Assembly (NCBI GenBank): GCA_001600815.1
Contig: BCKZ01000009.1
Span: 150,194-214,193, forward strand
DNA: 64,000 nucleotides
Direction of reading: 5' to 3'
DNA from: Alloascoidea hylecoeti
Taxonomy: Eukaryota
Under the pieces are notes generated by a model. It did not search any database and was not told the DNA's origin. It saw nothing but the letters and a program-made list of their open reading frames with translations. Both the position numbers and the translations under genes were made by a program. Shown here piece after piece: positions 24,601 through 34,562 of this stretch. Each line of letters begins with the position of its first letter. Within the stretch, counting starts at the first letter, position 1.

Positions 24601-27186
24601 TTCATTTTCTTGAATATCTGGAAATCCATTTGGTTGTTTTGTAGTTGCTTCAGGACCAAATGCACTTGCACCTAAAACTAAAATATCAATAAGTCTATTT
24701 AATGAAGCAGCTTTTGGAAAAACTAAAACTGATTTACTTAAATCAGTATCAAATTTATTACTATCAATTGATAAAGTTGGTGATGAAGAATTTTTAATTT
24801 TTTCATTATTTGTACTTGATTGTTCAGATATATCATTTTCAATAGTTTTAAATATTAAATCATTATTAACAAAATATAATGTTGAATTAACATGTAATAA
24901 ATCTTTAACATTTTTAACAAATGAATTTGATTTAATACATCTATTTGCTAAAGCAATAGCATTTTGATCTAATTCATTAATACCTGTTGTTCCAGATATA
25001 GAAGTTATTGGTCCTGAATTAATTTTTGAAATTGATTGATTTCCTTCTAAAGAATTTCCAGATCTTTGAGAAACAACATCAGATTGAGGAGTTGAAGAAT
25101 CACTTCCTTTTATTCTAATTGATGAATTACCACTTGCACCTTGAAAACTTGGACGAACTTGAGGTGGTCTTTGAATTGAAGTATTAAGATTTTGTTCAGT
25201 TGAAGTTAAACTTAATAAAGTCTTTTTTGGAAAAAATCTATAAGAAGAAATTATATCATCAAAAAGTGTTGATGAAAAAGAACCTTGATAAAGAGCAATT
25301 CTTGTACTATAATATAAATTTGAATAAGATCCAGAAGCTGTTGATTCAGTTTCTTGTGATTTTAACATTAAAGATTCTAAAGAATAAAATTCTGAATCAT
25401 AAGGGAAAGTAATAATAATTCTAAATAATTTTTGAATTGCAGGAATTGGTCTTGTTAATTTTGGAAATTGTTTAGTATCAGTAACATCATTTAAATAACC
25501 TTCCCATCTTTGAAAAGCAGTATGAACAGTTTTTAATCTTTTTAATGTTTGTTTTATAGTAGCACCTTCTTCATATTTTAAAAATAAATCACCAAAAGAT
25601 GGTATAACTCTTGATTTTGAATATGATGAACCAATACCTTGTGGAGCAACAACATGATAAGTACGTTTTGTTGATGTTTCTGATGCAGCTTGACTTCTAT
25701 CTAAATCAAATATTAAAGGTGACCATTCTTTAGCAACTATATCATATAAATTTTGTGAAATCATTTCCCAAGTTTCAGAAAGTCTTAAAATTGGTGGTGA
25801 ACAAATTAATTTAGCAATTGATAACCAACCAACCATATCACCCATTTCTTCTAAAGCAGAACCAACTTCAATCCATTTTGAAAGTAATTGAGCTCTAATT
25901 GAAGGATTTGAAACAGATGATCGATCAATAAATAAATGATGAATCATTATTTTACCTAAAAAATGAATATCTTTATCATCAGATGTTAATGGATTAACTC
26001 TTGAATAATGATATTTTGATTCTTGTAATAATGATAAATCTAACATTGGAGACCAAACTCTTGAATATTCTAAAAATAATAATGATACTTGTTCAGCAAT
26101 TACTTTAGCAGGAATTTGAGTAAAATATTCAGCAGGTAAAATTGGCATTGGAATTTTTCTTGCAGGACTTTCACTATGTTGTCTAATATTTTCTTCTTCT
26201 TCTTGTTGTTGTTGTTCTTGTTGTTTTTCTCTTTTTTCAGCTTGAAATTTTTCTCTTTTTTCTCTTTCTTTTAATTCTTTTTTTAATTTATTTGAATCAT
26301 TTAATATTTGTTCACGTTGTTCACATTGTGATTGAACTTGAGTAACATACATTTTAATTCTTTCCATAATTGCAGGTTTTATTGAACTTGGATAAACATC
26401 ACCAACATTTGGAGGATATTTTCTGTTGTATGAAATTAATTCAGCTATTCTTCTTTGTTTTTTAGTAATTGAAATTTTTAAACGATTTGATATAATTTCA
26501 TCATGATGTGAAATATGATCTAATAAATTTATTAATGATGAGAATGCTCTTTGTTCTAATAAATAACCAGATAATTCTTCTTGAATAATTAAAACACATA
26601 ATTCTAATCTATGAATTAAAGATTTTTCAGATTGTTTTGATATTTTAACAGTTTTTGGATTACGATTATTTGATGATGATTGTGGTTGTTGATAAATCAT
26701 TGCATTATTTTTTCCTGCCATATCACCATAATTAACAGAAGCATGTTCTCTTAAACCAGAAACACTATGTGTTGTACTACCAGGTCTTGAATGAAAAGAA
26801 GCAGCATATTCAGTAAAATAATCAATAGCAACGGGTAAATCATAAATCAATGGAATACAAAGTAATAAATCATGAGAAATTGAATCATTATCAGAAGGAT
26901 TAAATAAAATTGTATGACAAATTGATTCTAATGTACCATGTAAAATTTCATTATTTTCATCTAATTGTAAATCAGGATGAGGATAAATATCAGATAAATA
27001 ATTTAAATGATCAAAAACAATTGAACTTGTTCTTGAAAATGGAGTATCTAATTTTGATCTTGAATTTGATAAATTTGGAATAAAAGATTTTGAAGAATGA
27101 TGAATTGATGGAGTTGAATTATGATTATGATTATGATTATTTTGAAATTCTTGCATTGATTGATGTTTTGATTTTAATGAATAATA

Positions 27187-27230
<44 letters not shown>

Positions 27231-28256
27231 GTGGAGATTTATCAGTCATTGTAGAGATAGAATCTGAGATTGAAATTTGATCAGAATTATTATTATCAAT
27301 TTCTAAACCAGGTACAAAACATTTAATTCCAAGATTTACAGGTGGTTTATATAATAATAAAGTTGAACCTCTAATAACACCTTTTAATAATCTAAAATCA
27401 TTTTTTTCAGAATTTGAAGATTCACCCCAGGTTGAAAATTGAGCAGTTCCTCTATTAACCCATCCTTCTTTTAATATTGCTCTATCAAAATTTTCAGGGG
27501 ATATATCATCTTCAGATTGAATTCTTATTGGGCCTGTAAGTTTAATATGATTAAAAGAATTATTCAATTCATTTATATTTGTAGAAGTTGAAGTGATTGA
27601 TAAAGGACTTTGGGCACGTTCAGGAGCAGAAACTTTTATATCTTCAATTTTCTCTGGTGTAGGTGTATTCGTATCACTTGTTGGAGCAACAATTATAGCA
27701 GGTTTAGTACTAATATTAATATTAGAATTTACTGGACCTTCAATCATGGTGCTACCAGAGATTGAATGAGCTGGATGTTGAATAAGGTTAGTTGCAAAGT
27801 CGTCATTTTGAGATATACTGGGAAACTTACTTTCATATCTCAATGAGGCGTTGGATTCAGTTGGGGATTGGACCACGGATCTAAAGTGATAAAAAAAATG
27901 GTTAGAACTTAGAAAAAGAAGAAAAAAAAAAAAAAAAAAAAAACATACCTGATACTTGGAGCTCTATCGGAGTTTCTTGCAGAAGTAGCCAAGGAGTATG
28001 CTGCTTGTTGTTGTTGAATTTGTTGGATCTGAACTGGAGTAGGCTGTCTTGGGGGGACAGGCAATGCTGGTGAAGGAGGTTGTTGGGTCAGCTGGGATCT
28101 ATGTGTTGGAGGTGGTTCTTGGACAATAGCCAAAGAAGCATTGGAGTGAGATTTCTTTGGGCGATAAGAGCCATTTTCGGTAGATAGGAAAGAATCCTTG
28201 GAAGTGTTCTCCTGCTTTGAACCCAGCCTGATTTTACCTCTCGCGGACCACTTCAT
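21694..28256 (-). CDS. BEM2: Rho GTPase-activating protein BEM2 (RasGEF-like, PH and RhoGAP domains); exons 28256-27949 and 27880-21694
   Basis: C-terminal RhoGAP (FGVPL..VCEREG..LP.VV...L.EIELRGL.E.GIYR; AGCFKLYLRELP), RasGEF-like segments, ~2160 aa. GTATGT..TTCTAAC..TAG intron. Confidence 0.9.
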
Positions 28257-28848
28257 TTGGAGATTGGAAAGATGTTAGGGGAGGATTGCGAGAAGAAAAA
28301 GCTAAAAGCAGCGATGAAGCTATATAATTGTAGAGTTAGTCTCAGATGTGAATGTCGGACGGGTGATCATGAGCAGGTGGTTGATTCGGGAGGAATCAGG
28401 GACGGGGAAATTGGACTCACATTGACGAAAGCGCAAGATACGGTAGTACAGGAAGTTGTAGTATAATAGTAGTACAGGCAGTGAGACAGGAGGACGAAAT
28501 TGGAGAAGAAGAAGAAAGCATCAAAAACTCATCAGATGAAAATTTAAACAAAGTAGATTTTAAATGAAGTTTTCCGGCATACATATAATTAAGTATTAAG
28601 TTCATGAATATTTTTAATTCCAATGTGATTTTAATGGAATGGCCTTGACATGATGATAATTGCTCTTCCGCAACCTTATTAGCCCATCCGCCTTGTATTC
28701 CAGTGCTGTTTGCACGGACGTGCGAACCGTCTCCCTTGGGGCCGGCCATCGACGCGTGTGCAGGGCAGCCAAACCGCGAGGCCCGCAGAAACAGAGGAAC
28801 CACAAAATATATGGCAGCTGCGTATGCGTGTCGCTTATTCTTAATTGT

Positions 28849-28903
28849 GCCAGCTGCGTATCGCCAGCTGCGTATCGCCAGCTGCGTATCGCCAGCTGCA
28901 TAC
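28849..28903. repeat. 14-bp tandem repeat (GCCAGCTGCGTATC)x~4 in the BEM2/PET100 divergent promoter
   Basis: Three perfect units and one variant; a related copy at 28813-28825. Confidence 0.9.
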
Positions 28904-29168
28904 GGTTATAGATGGATAGTCAGCAGGGAAAAAAAAGATATTTATAGACAGACCGCCTGTTTCAGGAGTCAAAATCCTTTGTTCAGCCTCGGATGCTCTT
29001 CGCCTACGCTATGGTCGGTGCTGATGAGTGGCATTTGGTGCAACTGGCCGCACACGTTACGTAATGTGCCGCCCATTCTTACGTAATGGCTCCTCCCACA
29101 TCCAACCACCCGTCGGCTATGACTGCTCGGCAGCACTCCACCGGCCTCCACCACCGGCCTCCACAACA

Positions 29169-29568
29169 ATGTCACGGCTGTTTCCCACATTCTCCCTGAG
29201 GAATATATCCAGGTCTCAGCTTGAGATCTTCAGAGTATGCACCCTGCCTGTAACCTCCACCCGACCTCCACCTGCTCTAACTGCCCTTATAGTTCATCTT
29301 CTATCTGACAACCCCCATTGCTGTAATGTATTATGTTGGTATCGACACCGATAAAAAATTCAATGTCCCTGGCTTTTGGCCTGACCCAGAAACTTTGAAC
29401 AAAGTCCCGAAAGAGCGCCATGAAATAAAAGCTGAGTTGGAAAGAATGAGACAGGCAAGACTTGCAAAAAGAGCAAGATTGGAAGCAAAGGCAAAGGAAT
29501 TAGGTATCGATTTAGATAATGACGATGAATCGGATATTATTGATAAGTTTGGGCTTTCGAAAAAATGA
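29169..29568 (+). CDS. PET100: Cytochrome c oxidase assembly chaperone PET100; exons 29169-29234 and 29293-29568
   Basis: Spliced product ..SRSQLEIFRFIFYLTTPIAVMYYVGIDTDKKFNVPGFWPDP.. matches the Pet100 family; GTATGC..CTCTAAC..TAG intron. Confidence 0.93.
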
Positions 29569-29771
29569 GTATTAAAACTATATTCATAGAAAATGAATAT
29601 GATTATGAATGTGAATATGAGTCCGGATCTAGATCTGGAACGGAAATGTTATATTTTATATATTTACCTTAACCCCCTCATACATCTTTAATTAATTAAT
29701 GAATGAATTTTAAATATAAATATAAATATAAATATAATCTAACAATTATGTTTAAATGAAAGTATTAATAT

Positions 29772-29816
29772 CATAGAAATAGAAATAGAAATAGAAATAG
29801 AAATAGAAATAGAAAT
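29772..29816. repeat. (ATAGAA)n microsatellite
   Basis: About 7 copies visible. Confidence 0.85.
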
Positions 29817-29935
29817 TTAGTTAATAGTGTTTAAATTTGAATAATGATCAAGAATTGGTGATGGAAGTTGGAGGTTGACAAATTGCCACCTTTCTTCTCT
29901 ACATTATCTCATATCTCATATTCCAACTCCAAAAA

Positions 29936-30906
29936 ATGGCATGTAATAACATTTCCAAAAAAAAACAACAACAATATCTACTACTATGTAGGTAGAGAAT
30001 TTATACTAATAATACTTTCAGGTATCCGAAAATCCTTTTGCGGATAATAATGTGACCTCGAATACGAATGCTCCGACATCTTTGTTTCAAAGACTCAAAC
30101 AATCATCTCATCCAATAGCTACTTTTGTTTTCTTGGCTTTCAAATTTGGTACGTTATTGTAATCATCATCTTGATAAATATCTAGTTCTAATTCAATTCT
30201 TAGGACCTCTGCTGGTCTACCTGTTTGGACTTCTTTTCACTTCAAATTTGTGAGTTTTAATACAATACTTTCAATCATATCATTATTCATATTAACATAC
30301 TATTTCTTGATAGTATAATGGTTTTCATCATTGTTGTTCTGCTATTAGCTGGTGATTTCTGGGATACAAAAAATGTAGCTGGTCGATTGATGGTTGGACT
30401 AAGATGGTGGAATGAAACTTCTCAAACTGGTGAAAGTATATGGGTATTTGAAACTGCCGATGTAAGTGATCCTTCAAAATCATTAATATTTACAAATAAA
30501 TTAACAAATAAATTAACAATTATTATTTTTTATACAGCCTCAAAGATATATAAATCCAATTGATTCAAAAGTATTTTGGATAATGATATATGCTGCTCCT
30601 GCCTTATGGATGGTATTGGGTATTGTTGCTATATTAAAATTTGAATTCCTCTCAGTATGTATTTTTTATTTTTTATTTTTTTCTTTATAATTTTTTATTT
30701 TTTATTTTTTTCTAGATGTAAAATATCTAACTGATATACAGTTAATTTTGGTAGGAATGGCAATTGTATTAACTATTACCAATGCAATGGCATTTACAAA
30801 ATGTGATAAGTTTGGTAAAGCAAATGATATAGCTGGAAATTTTATGGGATCAGTTACAAGTGGTCTTTTAAGTGGATTTGCTGGAAGATTATTTGGAGGA
30901 AGGTAA
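29936..30906 (+). CDS. TVP23: Golgi membrane protein TVP23; exons 29936-29938, 30022-30148, 30204-30249, 30314-30461, 30538-30654, 30742-30906
   Basis: SSHP.A..FL.FK, DFW..KNVAGRL.VGLRWWNE, W.FE.AD and DS..FW motifs. All junctions keep frame; first intron has a GC donor. Confidence 0.9.
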
Positions 30907-30924
30907 AAAATTTAAATACTTCTA

Positions 30925-31135
30925 TAAAATAAAATAAAATAAAATAAAATGAAATAAAATGAAATAAAATGAAATAAAATGAAATAAAATGAAATAAAAT
31001 GAAATAAAATGAAATAAAATGAAATAAAATGAAATAAAATGAAATAAAATGAAATAAAATGAAATAAAATGAAATAAAATGAAATAAAATGAAATAAAAT
31101 GAAATAAAATGAAATAAAATGAAATAAAATGAAAT
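30925..31135. repeat. (AAAAT)n grading into a (GAAATAAAAT)n 10-mer minisatellite
   Basis: Visible array between the convergent TVP23 and VPS41 genes. Confidence 0.97.
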
Positions 31136-31248
31136 GAATATATAATAAAACAAAAACCTAATTAATAAGAGTTTAAAAAAAAAAAAGAGTACTAAATTCA
31201 GCTTTTTTTGTTAGAGTTAGAAATTGTTAATAATTAATTAATATATAA

Positions 31249-34233
31249 TCATTTTCTACGCTCTAAGCTTTCTCTAATATATGCTAAATGGGTAATTTTT
31301 TGTCCCAGATTTGTATTAAATGTATTATCATTCCCATCACCTTGCCAAATATTTTCAAAATCTTCAACTAATTCCAATTCAGTATGAATTTTCCCATTTG
31401 GTGTTTGTACAGTAGTAGCAGTTGGATCAGGAATATCATCATTATTAAAAATAACTCCTTTTGTTCTTGCAATTCTTAATCTTTTTGACATATTTAATGA
31501 ATCATTTTTAACAATATCTAAAACTCCTTTTGAAATACAAACACTTAATTCAAATTCTAAAAAAATTTTAGATAATGATGATTTTAATCCATCAACTTTA
31601 ACATCTTCAGGAATTCTTTTAATAAGATCAGCAGCATCAATAAAAGTTCCTGCCATTTCAATTAATGATTTAATAAAATTTGGTTTATCCATACTATAAT
31701 CCATTAAATAATTCCATAATTCAGGATCATTTTGTGTCTTTGCAAAAACAATTGCTTGTTGTGGATCACCAACTTTTGTTATAATTAAATTTAATGCTTG
31801 TTTATTTCTACCAACTTTACCTAATAAATAAACTAATTCATTAAAATAATTCATTTTTTCACAAATTGATATTGCTTCTTCAATATTATAATTATTTTTT
31901 TTTTTTAAAAAATTTAATAATTGAGAATGATTATGTTTTGCATAAAGTTTTACTTGTAATCCAGTAAATGATCTTGATAAAAATGAATCAATTCCATCTA
32001 ATCTTTCAAGATATAATAATGTAATAATTTCAATATCTTCATTTTTTTGTTTTTGTAATATTTCAATAACTTTTGAAGGAATTAATTCATGTCTATCATC
32101 AACAAGTACTTTTAAAGTATTTAATGATTTTTTTCTAATTTCATCTAATGATAATTTTTTTAATTCATTAGTTTTAAAATTCATTAAAACAATTTTTGGA
32201 ATTAAATCAAGAAATAATGGTAATAAATGATATTGTGATAATATTTGAATTAAATTTGAATCTTTTAATATTAATAAATGAGGAATTGATGCACCTGGTT
32301 CACCAATATTAATATATAAATCAGCAAGACATTTTCTTAAATCATTATTATTATTATTTTTTTCTAATGATCCTATTTTTTCTTCTAATAAATTTTTAAC
32401 TTCATTTGTATCATATAAATTAATATCCCATTTTTTAATTAATTCTATAAATATATTTTTATTATGATTTAAATAATGATTTAAAACAATTGTATAAACA
32501 TTTGGTTCAAGTCGAATCCTTTTATCAATTGGTAATTTTGGTGCAATTGCTTCAACTTGATCAGCATCAAGAAAAATAGTTGACCATTTACTCCATTCTT
32601 CTAATGTATCAGTTTCTAAAGAATCAAGTGAATCATTTGTTGATACATGATTTGATAAATCAAGTACTTTACCTAAAAAATCAGCTGCTTCAAACCACAT
32701 ATCATCTTGTACTAAATTTTCAACATAACAAAGACCAACTTCTCTTCTTTTTGGTGGATCAACTAAATTTTGTGAAATATTCCAAGCTTCATCATATTTA
32801 TGATGATCAATAAGCCATTTAAATTTATCATCTAAATCTCTTTCCATTGCAATTATACCATCTCTTGCACTTATAATGAAAAATTTTTGTTCTTTTAATC
32901 CAAAATAATGTTCTAAATGATAATCATTAAGTCCTAAATGTTCATGACCTTTCATTGTTAATACATCTGTATAAATTTCTTCACCATTTTCTAAATTTAT
33001 TAATCTTAATTCTGGATCAGGAGCTTCTGGTTTTTTATTAATTTCTTTTGTTTTATTTGTTACTGGTGGTAAATAACTTAAAACCATAATCATATCTTCA
33101 TTAAATGAACATATACCTGCTACTAAACAATCCATTTGTATAACACTTTCAATAGTTACTTTTTTTTCTTGATATCCTCGAATTGATGCACCTCTAAAAG
33201 ATGCTGCAGATGTTAACATTTTTGAAAATTTTTGATATGATTTTATAGTTGATATTCGTAAACTCCAAACATGATCTGCCCAAGCAACTAAAATACGATC
33301 AGGATCTGGTAAGTGAACCCTTGGCCAATATAAATCAGCTCTTGGTGATCCTTCTGGTCTTGGAATGTGTAATAAAACTTGTCTCATTGGAAGCCAATAA
33401 ATAGTTATACCTTTTTCAGTCATCCATAATACAAGTTCATCTATCCATCTTATACCAACTATTGGACTATCTGTTTCAGCATATAGAGCAGCATCCGCAC
33501 GAATCCCCATCCAGTTACGTGTTGAATAAATGACTTTACCTGCCATACCACCTGAAATAAAAGTTTTAGTAGCTTTATAATTTGGATCAAGAGCAACACA
33601 ATGCATAGGTCGTTTAAAATTGGCTGCAACTATATCTGCTTGATCAGTAATAGATCCAATCACAACTGTACCATCTAATGAGGCCGAGGCTAAATAATGA
33701 CCATCGGTTGAAAGTGAAAGAACTGAAGCACGATGTGCTCTAAATGTTCGTATAGGGGTCATATCAGGTTTTGCTATATGGATAACACCTGAATGGGTGG
33801 CGAAAGCAAATATATCTTCAGTTATTAGACATGTTGAAACAGGATCCCGGGCTAAAAACGTTGCTGGAAGATCAGTTAATCGGAAGTATTTAAGTTTCGG
33901 TTCTTCCTCTTCATCATCATCATCATCATCTTCTTCTTCATCGTCATTTTCATTTTCATTCTCATTCTCATTCTCATTCTCATTCTCATCAGTTACTTCA
34001 TCACCTCCTATTTCTTCCTCTTTAGTTCCTTCCCCTTGAGCTGAGGAATTATCTTCTTCATTGCTTTTATTTTTTGTGGTGTTTGAAGCTACCTCTACAA
34101 TGGTTTCTTCATTCTTTATCTCATTGTTGTTTAAGCTATTGTTGCCCTTTATAGAAAGTATACGAGTCTCAGTGTTTTCGGATTCTATAACAGCCTCTGG
34201 GTCTGCTTCTCTATTGATGCTCACGTCTTCCAT
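31249..34233 (-). CDS. VPS41: HOPS subunit VPS41
   Basis: Acidic N-terminus + EPKLKY.R, WD40 region (AHRASVLSLSTDG.Y.ASAS.DG.V; FKRP..CVALDP.Y), clathrin-repeat region with ELVYLLGK.G..K.AL. Confidence 0.93.
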   Translation of the reverse strand: MEDVSINREADPEAVIESENTETRILSIKGNNSLNNNEIKNEETIVEVASNTTKNKSNEEDNSSAQGEGTKEEEIGGDEVTDENENENENENENENDDEEEDDDDDDEEEEPKLKYFRLTDLPATFLARDPVSTCLITEDIFAFATHSGVIHIAKPDMTPIRTFRAHRASVLSLSTDGHYLASASLDGTVVIGSITDQADIVAANFKRPMHCVALDPNYKATKTFISGGMAGKVIYSTRNWMGIRADAALYAETDSPIVGIRWIDELVLWMTEKGITIYWLPMRQVLLHIPRPEGSPRADLYWPRVHLPDPDRILVAWADHVWSLRISTIKSYQKFSKMLTSAASFRGASIRGYQEKKVTIESVIQMDCLVAGICSFNEDMIMVLSYLPPVTNKTKEINKKPEAPDPELRLINLENGEEIYTDVLTMKGHEHLGLNDYHLEHYFGLKEQKFFIISARDGIIAMERDLDDKFKWLIDHHKYDEAWNISQNLVDPPKRREVGLCYVENLVQDDMWFEAADFLGKVLDLSNHVSTNDSLDSLETDTLEEWSKWSTIFLDADQVEAIAPKLPIDKRIRLEPNVYTIVLNHYLNHNKNIFIELIKKWDINLYDTNEVKNLLEEKIGSLEKNNNNNDLRKCLADLYINIGEPGASIPHLLILKDSNLIQILSQYHLLPLFLDLIPKIVLMNFKTNELKKLSLDEIRKKSLNTLKVLVDDRHELIPSKVIEILQKQKNEDIEIITLLYLERLDGIDSFLSRSFTGLQVKLYAKHNHSQLLNFLKKKNNYNIEEAISICEKMNYFNELVYLLGKVGRNKQALNLIITKVGDPQQAIVFAKTQNDPELWNYLMDYSMDKPNFIKSLIEMAGTFIDAADLIKRIPEDVKVDGLKSSLSKIFLEFELSVCISKGVLDIVKNDSLNMSKRLRIARTKGVIFNNDDIPDPTATTVQTPNGKIHTELELVEDFENIWQGDGNDNTFNTNLGQKITHLAYIRESLERRK

Positions 34234-34562
34234 ATCTATATGATGGTGGGGTGTAAAATTGTGAAGTTAAAACTAAAACCACAACAACACCAAAAAGCAA
34301 AATACAATGATCTCACCCTAATAAGTACCATGGAAAATATTTATAACTATAATTATAATTAATTTATATAAAGATAAAATATTGTAAAACTTCTAAATTT
34401 AATCAATGAATCCCTTAAATATTGATTTTGAATACGTGTACATAGAAATATATATAATTAGTGTTATTATCGATTTAATCACATGGTGATTAAAGATTAT
34501 GCACATACTTTACTTACGATGGATGGATATAAAAAAATCTCTATTAATATTTATAAATAAAA

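Noticed and set aside
28849..28903. CRISPR-like array
   Set aside because: Contiguous tandem units without spacers, in a eukaryotic genome with no cas genes
28257..29354. Several overlapping 70-130 aa ORFs
   Set aside because: Stop-poor GC-rich promoter DNA, mostly non-ATG starts; only PET100 exon 1 is supported
30854..31153. ORF encoding (FILFHFISFY)n
   Set aside because: Translation of the 10-mer minisatellite
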